A DNA stretch of 64,000 bases, taken from NCBI GenBank assembly GCA_965153455.1, contig OZ234493.1, positions 28,262,213 to 28,326,212 on the forward strand. The letters run 5' to 3'. Under the pieces are notes generated by a model. It saw nothing but the letters and a program-made list of their open reading frames with translations. It did not search any database and was not told the origin of the DNA. The stretch is from Sphagnum compactum. Taxonomy: Eukaryota. The translations under genes were made by a program, and so were the position numbers. Positions 12,321 to 23,779 of the stretch are shown piece after piece (the stretch's first letter is position 1; each line of letters opens with the position of its first letter).

Positions 12321-13783
12321 TTTAATTATATCAAAGTCTAGTTATAGGAATGAGAAAGGAATAGACAATATCAGTCTAAAATTTGTGAATTCAAAAAACT
12401 AATAGATATAGTCAAAAACCAAAAATAAATATATAGAATAGGACAAGGCATAGTATATGTTTGACCCAGAATAGGAAAAGGATCCAACAAAATAATAGAG
12501 AGGAATGAGACTACAATGAAGCGATTGGAATCCTCTTCAGTATTAAAGTGTCATATATGTAAAGGACCACATGATAGTTGTAATCACAAACCCTAACCTT
12601 AAACCTAAAAGACAAGGTGCCAGAATAGGATGAAAACATGATGATATTCAATTTCAACATATGTAAAAAAAAGGAATGGAACAAGAACTTTTCAGAATAT
12701 GCTTCTTAGAACAATAATTTTCAGCAATAATGGAATGTCGAAAATGAACAAAATGTCACACCTGGGCCACAAGCAGACGCAAAATTCCAAGATAGTTATA
12801 ACTGCACCAATGACTATTCTGAGATATTCATTAAGAGGGGAGTGATTATGGTACTCTTAGAAAATGTACGAATAAGTTCATTATCATGGTAGACCTAGAA
12901 TAAATATTAACATGTTTGTTATTGTTAGAAAGTAAACATTTGAGCACAAATTTGGGGGGCTAATTGACAGAAAATTAGGTGTTCAATGCAACACTTAAGG
13001 CATAAATATTTATGTAAGATAAAACATTTTTTGAAATTGGCGCTATGATTATCAAAATGAAATGCTAGAAGTATGAACAAAAATAGATCAGTGCAACGAC
13101 AAAAATTTGCACACAACCCCACAAAAACCTTAAACAACCCATTACTCATGGTATAAATAGAACAGAAAATAGGTTTTCAATCAATCTTTTCCCATACGCA
13201 AGAACTATTTTAAGCAATAAGTAACCTCTCGAGAAGACAAGAAGATGTAAAGGGCACAAGTAGATGCACACAAAGGCGCAATAAAGAACATATGTAATGG
13301 CTCAAAAGAGGGCTAGAGGACATGTGATGAAGATACCGAAAGTCCAAGTGAATTCTTTCTTTAAGTTTTTGTTTTCAATGTTAAGGAACTAAGATTCTTT
13401 AAGAAATATGATTATTTTCTGGCCAAATTTTTCTAGTTATAGTAAATTTAACTTCCCAGATTCTTGAAAATAAATTTTTTTTAACTTAGGGTGTTGAGAA
13501 CGAACTCGATGCCCATAAACACTATGACAAAGACGAGAAGGTATGCACCTCAATCTTAGAGGCAGTAGAACCCTAGTAGAGTTGTGGTTTTTCAAGTTAT
13601 AGCTAAAAGAGATTGTGAATAAATATCACAATGCATTCTCAACTAATATGGGGGTTGGCATTACTTTCCATTCACTAAAAGGTTGGAAGAGCGAAATCTG
13701 GCGATGAATCAACATATGACAAAACCAACCCTAAACCCTAAACAACCAATAATTGGTAAAAATCTTGAAGTTTGGAGTTCAAA

Positions 13784-15722
13784 CACTATGAGAAATTACA
13801 TTTGTCGAAACCACACTACCCTGCAATTAAAATTCAAAAAAAAAACTCATTTATAACTTTATGCAACTATCTTTTGGGTATTACAACTAGTGTGCAATGA
13901 TCCCCTTAAAAATACAGTGTATTAATGGATAAATTGGCATGTTAGAAAATCAGTTAATTATATTATAGTTATAAGTGAGTTAAAAATGAATTTTTTATAT
14001 AGTAATTTATACACATCGTACTTAGATATGTAGTCAACCATGTTTGATTTTTTCAAAATTTGCATGTGGCAACTACTTTATAATTATGAAATGTGCCACC
14101 AAAACAACAATTATGTTGCAACTAATGTACAATGTATATACATGTGATCATGCCATGTGTCCACATTTCCACCACCCATTATGGGATACATTTGCAACTA
14201 GTTTTCAATTGCGATTCTCATTGATATAATTAGTATGACCATTAGTGCACCACTACTAAAGTACTATTGTTCAACTATGTTATAACTATAATACAACTAC
14301 TTATAACTTAATAAGGATACATATTCATCAGTTATTTATATCTTCATCATATGTGCCTCATTTTGAGTGATTTAAAATGTTATGGGAATGCTACCTCAAG
14401 CCTTAGGAATCATCTTTGAAGTGTAAACGAAAAGGAGTAATGAAAAATAATAAGAAGATAAATAAGTTTTCCAACTTACAAAACACATTTTTTTCCCTTT
14501 TTTTCTCTCTTTGGACCCTTCCTACTTTCGAACCTCATAAATTTCTTATTTGTTATTCGTTTTAAACAATTTAAAGTGTTATAGAAACGCCACCTGAAAT
14601 TCTACAAATCATCTTTGAACTTTAATAGCAATAAAATAACATAATTTTTTTTTTGGGGTGTTTTAGAACTGACCTTTATAGCGTTGGGTGGTTTTTAAAA
14701 AAACTATTGATCCCTTTACTTTAGGGGGCTGTAACTTTCCCAATTTTATTATATTTTCAATGATTTTTAATGTGCCATATGCGCCAATAGGAGGGGTTCA
14801 AAATTTTTTGGGACACCAGAAACAATGGAACCTTCCCCTTAGATCTGGCCTACCCTGAGTGCTTAAGTGTTATAGTTGCAACTCAATTGTAACTCAATTT
14901 GTAATTAAAAAACAACTAAAAAATTTAACCCATATGCTTTGACTTCAAATCCCATGTTACAAACTATATAAAAAAAGCTTGTTATCTTATATTCTCACAT
15001 TAAAATACAAGTGTAATTTTGAGATGAGTTCAAAAAAGCATAACCTAAAGGCAAAACATAATTTTTAAAAAAACATTTCATGGTTATTCTTTAGTTCACT
15101 TAATCTTGTGATTTTTCACCTACTTACCTACCTAGGTAATAAGTAGGTCTTATCTTTCTACCTACCTATGTAGGTAGGTAGGTAGGTCCTAGGTAAATAC
15201 ATAGGTATGTAGGTTTTAAGACATACCAACCGACTTACCTATGGTTATGTATGACCTACCTAGCTACTAAAATAGATATTTTCATTTATTTATTTTTTAA
15301 AAATAAAATTAACATGCCATGTGACAATTTTTTATTGTGCCACATGTCATAATCTCAGACCATCATTAACAATCATAATGAACAATGGAGATCAATATTT
15401 CGAAAAGAAAATAATTTGTCCAAAAATCTTCATAATGCCACATGTCAAATTTTAATATATGGATGATAATTAATGACATCAACATGACATCATGGGTGCA
15501 ATTATAATGGAGTTGCATAGTAGTTGACAATTAGTTATTTTGATTGAGTTGAAATTGAGTTGCAATGAGTTGCGTCGTGTATATGGTGAATTGTAACTTT
15601 GTAACTCATGCAACTTGTCCGTCGACACTCACGGCATATAAATATAGTGAATTGCAAGTGTCCTCTATAACTCAAAAATTGAATTGCAAGGCTAGTTGCA
15701 AAACACCATTTTTCTCATAGTG
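13784..15722. mobile_element. Non-autonomous CACTA (En/Spm) element
   Basis: TIRs CACTATGAGAAA ... TTTCTCATAGTG with 3-bp TSD AAA on both sides; no coding capacity seen. Confidence 0.88.
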
Positions 15723-15958
15723 AAACTCGCCTCCTTTGCTTGCAAAAAATTTGAACTCGAGTTTATTTTTTCACTCGATGGAAACTTGATGTGTTTTGGT
15801 TTTTATCACTCCAACGTGCACTTGATCTCGGTGCATGAGAAGCTTGAACTCAACCTCGAATATGAAATGGAACCCAAATTTCGAACTCGAACTTAAGCTC
15901 GGGTTTTTTGTTTTTTTGGTTTGTAGTTTTGCTTTTTTATTTTTTTAGGCACTATTGA

Positions 15959-16600
15959 AAGCAAACCCATCCTTAGCCCTTGGTGGTACCACTAAGAACC
16001 ATTGTAAGGAATGGTGAAGGAACCAAAAATAACTAAATCATCTTTTTAAGCCCTTTTCTTTAAATGTTTTCACAACTATAAATTATTATTTTTTCATTTT
16101 TAATGATTACATATTATAATATATGGTTTGAAGTTTATTTTAAAACTACTTTTTAATTTAAAAATATATATTCATAATTAAAATGGCCCTTTAAAACTTT
16201 AATAACCTCAACTTTGGAAATTCATATATAAATTATATTTAATCAATTAATTACCTAATAATATTTTTTAAATATAATGATTTCCAAATTACCTTAAGAA
16301 AAAAATCACAAGAAAATTCTCAAATCATGTTTCAAATTTGTGTTTTTGACCAAAACGTTCAAGGGAAAAAACCAGTGCTACATTCCTAAGTTTTTTTTTA
16401 AATGCAATGATTAGGAAAATCAAATACACAATATTCTTGATATATTAATATTTCAAAATTTATGGAACCTAATAAATGTATTCATAAAAAAATTATGAAA
16501 ATGTTTATTTAAATGTTTCCTATGATTTTTCAAAATTCATGGGTCTAAGAAAATCAAGGTGTGACGTTCGTAGTGGTATCACCCAAGGATGGGCTTGCCC
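15959..16600. mobile_element. MITE with ~30-bp TIRs and 4-bp TSD TTGA
   Basis: Left aagcaaacccatcctt..ggtggtaccacta and right tagtggtatcacccaaggatgggcttgccc; TTGA at 15955-15958 and 16601-16604; AT-rich interior. Confidence 0.75.
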
Positions 16601-16601
16601 T

Positions 16602-17380
16602 TGAACTACTCTTGGCAATTTTTATTTATTTATATTTCATTTTTGGTGTTCTTGTTTTTACAAGCGTTGTTGAACTACTTTTGGCATCAAGAGCAACTCA
16701 GTTGCACATAAGGAACCCAAGCTCAAAGTCATGGTTTTTTCAAGTTTATTTTGTTGCAAACATTTTTGAGTTACTCTCGGCACAAAGAATAACTTGACAG
16801 TGCGAGACGAACTTGAGTTCAAGTTCGTGTTTGATTTTAGACCCGAGCTTGAATTCGAGTTTTTTGTTTTAAGTTTTTTGGTTTTTTATGTTTTTGTTTT
16901 TACAAGCACTTTGAAGCTACTCTCTATGTCGAGAGTAGCTCAGTTGTGCATGAGGAACCCAAGCTCAAGTTTGAATTCGATGTTTGACCCAAACTCTAGT
17001 TCGACTTTTTCAGTGTTTTTTTCTATTGACATTGTTGAATTACTTTCGGTGCCAAGAGTAGTTCGATAGTCCATGACGAACTTGAGCTCAAGCTTGGGTC
17101 CAAACTACTTTGGACAACAAACTTGAGCTCAAGTTTAGGTTCGATTTTGAACCAGAACTTGAAATCAAGTTTTTTGTTTTTCCTTTTTTTAGTTTTTAGT
17201 TTTTTAGTTTTTGCAAGCATTGTCGAACTATTTTGGGCACCAAAAGTAGCATGGTTACAATTGAGTAACCCAAGTTCAAGCTTGGGTCCAATTTTGGACT
17301 TGAATTCAAGTTCAAATTTTCTTCTGTTTTCTTTTTGTTGTAGGCATTCTTAGGCTACTCTTGGTGCCGAGAGTAACACA
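16602..17380. repeat. Degenerate tandem array carrying 28-bp and 18-bp palindromes
   Basis: Six copies (16672, 16768, 16914, 17037, 17225, 17352) of inferred consensus GAGCTACTCTCGGCGCCGAGAGTAGCTC. Each is followed by a GAACTTGAGCTCAAGTTC-like motif (perfect palindrome aaacttgagctcaagttt at 17119-17136). Related motifs occur at 15723-15900. Confidence 0.85.
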
Positions 17381-17574
17381 ATATGGAATGAAGATCCTAA
17401 GCTAAAGTAATTTCATTACTTTTTGACTTATTTTACAAGAACTCATGAAGGAATCTTTCATCACGCCCCCCCCCCCCCCATAAATGAGACAATGAAGGTT
17501 AGTGTTCAATTATCTTATTAATTAATTTACATTATCAATTTGCTTGTTAAATATTGAGTATTTTTTCCTTTCAG

Positions 17575-20500
17575 GGTTCACAGGTTTTAGAGGCTCCCCA
17601 ACCCATGGATAACATGTCTTTTGACATGATTATTCAAGTTGTTCAAGAATATAAGTTTAATTCGACCGAGATCCTAAATAAGCAAAAGATGTTACCAAAG
17701 AGAAAGGTGTGGATGAACATCCCCCTTTGTAGGATGATTTCCATGCCTATTGTGCATCCTACCCTCAAGAGATGTTTTGAAGATGGAGCAAACATTTTAG
17801 ACTAAATATCGTGAGGGAGATAACGTATTTTACATATCTCCCTTGAATTGGAAGGGAGAGGAGGAATTTCTTAATTTTTTTATGTTGATTCTTGAGATGC
17901 CCATTAGTGTTCCGAAAATGAAAAACTTTGAAAACCTCTAGATTTCAAGTTTTTTTCAAGGTGGATATTTTTTTGTGTTGGATGGCAACCACAAGCTACA
18001 AGCCTGGTTGCCTTACATTTAGCGTGTGCACAATGAGGATCTTGAATTGCACTATTCAGTGGACTATATTGTGTTCAATATTTTGCATGGTCTTGTCAAG
18101 CTCTTCAGAACCATAATAAACCTAAACAAGTTAGTTTTCCACCCTTCTATGATGTGTTGATTTTTAATGACATTCAAGTATGTTCTCTTTGAAAGCTCTG
18201 AGGTTCTTGATTATATGAAATGAATTCCTTCCTTGTTTCTAGGTTCATGGAGTTTGATCATGTGCAACTAAACATCGTGCATGAATTCATCTGCATCCAT
18301 CCAATCTATCATATCATCCCTCTGGAGCTATTCCAAAATGTTCTCTCCGCAGATGTTTCTAAGAAATGCCAAAATAAATTGTGTAAGACTTGGCACTCTC
18401 TTACATTTGAGGCTTTTTTTTACTACATGTACAAGGTTTGTAATCTACTCTTCTCCATCCTTCATTGCGGAGTCCCTTCATCTTGTCTTCCTATGTTTTT
18501 GATCTTGTAGCTTTTAGCATCTTTAGATAGTTATTTATTTTGTCTCTCTTTTTTTGCTTGCAGTAGGATATCTCTTCAACTACCAATGTGGCAATCAAGC
18601 TCTACTACGAAAAAGTTCCTAACCCCTTAGAAAGGTCCCCAACCAAGTTCCAAGAGCGCATGGAGAATGTTATGGAACAAGTTAGGAAAGACTATTATTT
18701 GGTTTTTTGCAAGCACCTTCCAATTTGTGACCCCGTTCTTGGTCTAGACTTCCTTAAAGAGACTCAAGTTCATTACGACATGAACTCAAATTTAGAAATT
18801 TCACAGAGAAGCTCCAAATGCTAGCATATTTTTGTGTGATTCCACATCAAAAACTTTATTAGTTCAAGTAGTGGAATGAGGCTAATGTGCTTAGGGAGGT
18901 AAAACAACTCCCCGAGCAAGGATTTTTGGACCAACAATTTGACAAGTGGCTACACAAGGCCACTTTCTAGCATTAGGTATCATTTTTTCCTCTCTCTTTC
19001 TTGTTTTGTCACAACTTTATCATTAGTTGTTGATCCAATTAATTGTTTCATGTAATTGGAGGCTCAAACTTTCAAGCTTTATGCCACTATAGTCATGAAT
19101 CTTGGCTTGAATGTGCGGGATCTTCCAAAAGTTATGTCACTTGCATCTTACATTTAGGAATGCAATAAGCTATTTGGGATATTTGTTTTTTTCGTGAGTT
19201 CAAGCCAAGGGACGCCATACGAAGAAACAAATCTTGGGAGTAGCAAATAAGAAGGAAGGAAGCCCTCAAACAAATGTTCTATACGTTTGCCACTACATCC
19301 TTTACTACATTCATTATTCCCCTATTATTTGTGCTAAAAGTAGAAGATGTAAAATAATTCAAAACTCCAATATTTTATTGAACCTTCTTCTTGTTTCTTG
19401 TAGGTATTTATATAATGTCCTTTCCATTAAACCATTGACTAACTTCCACTCCTCTTTGAAATTTAGCTTGCTTAGTTAGGTGGCCCCTTTTCTTCTCCAC
19501 TTGGCATGTCAAGCCTAGATTTGGAGATTATGTGCCCACCCCGTTTCACCCTTGCTCGGCCAATTCCCCTTGTATTACCATCTTTTAGGCCAACTGGATG
19601 GTATTGTACTGCTTTTCCATGTCTGGACCAAACATTGCCAAAGACAAGGTTGATTCTAAGAAATGGCCACAAACGTTTGAGAGGAAATCTCTATGTTCAT
19701 TCATGAGGTCACTCCATTTCAATGCCTTCTGCCTTTTTGTGATACTTTATGTTTTCCAACTATTTGTTGATTCTTGCATCCACCCACTTGTGTGCACGCC
19801 AATCCTAAAGACAAGGTGAACCTTGTTCTTGCTAACATCCTAGGGAACGTTCATGTTCCTTTGGTCTCCCCTAGCTCCCCAGAGATCCCCTTCTGGAACA
19901 AGTGAGGGGAGGATTGGATAATCTCAATTTTCAATTTCATAGAAAAATTCTTTTCCCCTGATGGGGCCATGCTTATTTTCTACCCAAATGATCCCTGAGT
20001 TCTCAAGGAGACCAACTTATATTTGGAGAGTTATAGTTTTTATTTTCACATGAAATGGATGATAATCAATTTTATCCCACTTGCAAGCTTTGAAGAGTAC
20101 CCCTCCTTAAAGGTATGAACTCCCCATATTTTCTTCTTTCTTCGCATTCATTTCCAAACATTCGTTTTTCAAATATTATCTTTTGGAATGTTGCAAACCC
20201 TCTTGAATCAAGTGACTCTTTTAATTAGGGATGATGATCCCTCATCCTTTTCAATGAGTTTGTTTTGTTTCTCCCCTCCTTCTAAGGATTTCTTATAGAA
20301 AGGTATCAAATTTCTTGAAAAGGACGGCCTTTACAATTGGATGGACATGTCTTCCATGTTTATGTTCAAGACTATTGAATGGCAAGGAGTTCTAGCCACT
20401 CACGCTCCAAGCCCTAATTAAGTGTGTTCCAAAGCAAGATATTTTGTTTTTGACTTGTCTGCATCGACAAGTTTGTTACCTCCCTTCTCCCAAACTCATG

Positions 20501-20740
20501 TTTTGTTTATTTATTTCTAGTCTTGATTTTCATTCACCTTTTTTGTGGTTGCAACAACATTAAGGCATGCCATGCCCTTCCCCATCATGTTTTGGCTTTA
20601 GAGCCGAACATTGACGTCTTCACTAAGGTTTTGGAGCCCTTGGTTGTTGTTCCCATCCTTGAAGCAACTCGCCTAGTTTTTAACATTGATGATGAAGATT
20701 CTCTAGTGCAAAGGTGGCCCATGAAGATCTTTGATTATGA
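17575..20740 (+). pseudogene. Decayed spliced gene: ParB/Sulfiredoxin-like domain fused to a beta-class N4C/N6A DNA methyltransferase-like domain
   Basis: IPLCRMISMPIVHPTLK.DVLKMEQ...FFVLDGNHKLQAW (17981-18007; ParB/Srx DGxHR-like). KVNLVLANILGN..IPFWN..FFSPDGAMLIF (19813-19980; motif IV-VI-like). QALI.VCSKARYFVFDLSAST / NIKACHALPHHVLALEPNIDVF (20405-20622; motif X-I-II-like). GT-AG introns lie between blocks; many stops and frameshifts. Confidence 0.72.
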
Positions 20741-22659
20741 GTAAGTCTGCCTCTATTGTTATTATTTTGTCAATTTCTTACTCTTCCATCTTCCTTTTTT
20801 CAAATCCTAATGCTCTCCTTGTTTTCAAATGTAGAGGTTTCTTTAGAACGCTATCTTTTTTTAAAACAAAAGATTTCAATTTTAGTCCCCCAAGGGACTA
20901 TATATTGCATTTGTATGTTGAGGATCAAGCACAAGTTTTAGCTTCCAAGGTTTCACTACTTGGGGTTAGGAAATTTTTTTTGTACAATCTTACAATTATA
21001 AGAGCTTTCATAGATGATGAAGCATTGGAGTGAGATAGGTCATCTCTGTGTTGAGCTTGGGGCTGGACCGTTTTGTCATGAACCTTTGTGTGGTCCTCAA
21101 GTTGGGTGGAGAGCTCTAATAAAGATGTTGTTTTCTCTTTTAAATTCATATGTTACCCTTCCTTGTATTGCATTTCTGCTTTTCTTGCCCCTTTCCCATC
21201 ACCACCATTCTAATGTGAATTTTATGTTTTCCAACATGTACTTTCAACTAGAATTATTTGGCATTATCTATATTACAACATTTTATATTTCACACATGTG
21301 GCCCTGATCCTTGCTCAAAAAGTAAAAGTAGGTGAAAAGTAAAGTTTGCATTTTTGAATTTTCAAGCTTTTAGCAATGCTACAAATTTTAGAATGTACTT
21401 GTTAAACTAAATAAACCATATATGGTCATATTTTATGTATTCTATTATTTTCATCATTTTATTTATTTATCGCAAGTTAATGTCTAATACTTTTTCAAAA
21501 TCAAAGTATTCAAATGTTGTGATATTGATGTTTGAGTTATCAAGAACATTGATATATATTTTTTGAAACTTGAATATTTCAATTATGATAATGTGAAGTC
21601 TCTAACAAGTATTTTGCCAAATTAACATAATTATGCATTTAAAACATGATTTTCTATATGAACCCAAACACTAATACTTGCATAATATGTCAAAATAGTC
21701 TTTTAATAATCTGAAAGTAGGACATATGATTTTTTTGGTCAAATGATAGTTAATTAATGTACTTTTGCATTGCTTTGTGCAATATGGGAAAATAACATAA
21801 ATTCGGAAAGTAGAGTGAAAGTAGGTTGAAAAAAAGGAAACACAAAATTTAAGGCTTCAAACAACATATCCATACCATCCTACGTACAATCATGTAATTT
21901 TTTTGTACGTTTTTAAATATTAGGTTATACTTTCTATGCTTCAAAGTTGACAATTTTGTGTTTTCTACTTGCAACGTACATATTTTTGGCCTGCTTTTGT
22001 ATGCTTGCACTCCCTACCAAATATATGTGTCAATAAATATAATAGTTTCCAATGAATATTTATGGGAACATGGCATTATTTTTTTAAAAAAAAAATCCCA
22101 TATTGGGTGTTACAATAACAAATTCTTTAGCTTCCAAAAGGATGAATGTTTGAAAACATATCAATCAAGCCTATCCTTACATTTTTAAAAAAATTCGGTG
22201 TCTTTATTTCTATCACCCACTTTTCACCTATTTTTGGTGCCAATAGTAGAAGATCAAGAACCATTGAATTGTCCAAGTATGTTACTTAATGTTTCACTTT
22301 TCATGAGGAGTCAAGGATAGAAAAACTTCTAGCCAACTTTGAGCTATTTTGAGTGGCAATTTGGCCCAATTTTTTTAATGAATGCTAGACTTTGATGTCA
22401 GGATATTAGTAAATGCAACAATATTGGCTCTTGATGTTTAATTTACAAAAGAATGAATATTTGAAAGCATATTATCAATCAATTCACCAATGGAAAATTT
22501 GGCCTTACAATTTTCTCAAATTTTGATTCAAAAGATTGTAAGAACTCCCTATTACATAACGCCAATGTGTACATTATGTTTCTATTGTTATCACCTACTT
22601 TTCCCCTACTCTTGATGCTGAGAGTAGATGATCAAGACTTGTTGAAGTGTCGAAACAGG

Positions 22660-22967
22660 TTAGTTAAGGTCTCATTTTACACTAAAAGTTGGGGATATAA
22701 ATCCTTAAGGCCAACTTTGAACTTCTTTGGGTTTCAACTTCACCCAAATTTATTAATAAATGCTAGAACATTGATGTCATGATATTTAGTAAATGTAACA
22801 ATATTGGCCTCCCAAATTTGATGGTATCGTTTTATCAACAATGGGGCTAACACAAGGCCATAAAATTCAACACTTATTAATAAATTGGGTTGATTTCAAT
22901 TTTAGCACTAATAGGGATCCTAGATTGGGGTTGAACATTGTCCCTAACTCCTTCTATAAAGTGAACC
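22660..22967 (-). repeat. Right copy of the ~310-bp inverted repeat, preceded by a diverged direct duplication offset by ~380 bp (22210-22430 vs 22589-22810)
   Basis: Reverse-complement similarity to 12004-12320; the block tatcacc.acttttc..agtaga.gatcaaga..gccaactttga..aatgctaga..gatgtca.gatatt.agtaaatg.aacaatattggc occurs twice. Confidence 0.75.
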
Positions 22968-23779
22968 TTGGTGATGCATTCCATGTTTTACAATATATCA
23001 GGTAATGTAGACTTCTATGTTCCTAATTGGAATTCTAATATAGGGCTATAGATCTCAAATTTGATTATGCACCAATTATTGAATATTAAACCATATTACT
23101 AGTATTCCCCTTCCTATGTGCAACTAGTTGTGTTTGCCCCACACTTGGTTGGTAAAACCTAAATTCATACATGCATGATTATTATCTTAGGGCAATAACT
23201 AATTGAACTTTACTTTCATTATGATTTCTGTTATTAAATCTTCATCAAATCCTTATTGAATTTTTTTAGATAACAAAAAAATTAGTTAAAAACATTTGTG
23301 TGTCAAAAAACGAATTTTATATTAAAATTTTAATTTATTTTATAATTCTTGTATTTTGTTTTAATCAATTTTTACATAATCTCTAAAATCAAAATTTTTG
23401 GAATTTCGTTTAAATTAGATTTAAAGGAATTGAAACTAATTATTTCTATGTTTATCAAACAAATTTCATTTGAATAATTAGTCATATGGATTGTTGTTTA
23501 CACTTCATAGTGATATGAAACCTTGTGATACAAAAAATGCAAGTGCCACACCAAAAACTAAAATGATATAGAAACACGATTAAATCAATTACCCAACATT
23601 CATATTTTGATGGGTGAAAGCATGGTAAAGTAGACAATTTTTTATCCTTGTCACCATATAAAAAAGTAGCCATAAACAATTAACAAGAATTACAATTGAA
23701 GTAGTTGTGGCCAAACAAACTCATGTTGTTGAAAAAATGAAAGGTTAGATGTAGTTGTGTTGAATGTTAAAGTATAATT

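Noticed and set aside
11560-13750. Possible LTR-retroelement gag relic (KCHICKGPH at ~12545-12572; tgttgaga after aacttaggg near 13490)
   Set aside because: Only a partial zinc knuckle; no second LTR, PBS or pol motifs, so too weak to call.
16602-17380. CRISPR-like look: 28-bp palindromic repeats with variable spacing
   Set aside because: The intervening sequences are homologous to each other and far longer than spacers; there are no cas genes and the context is eukaryotic.
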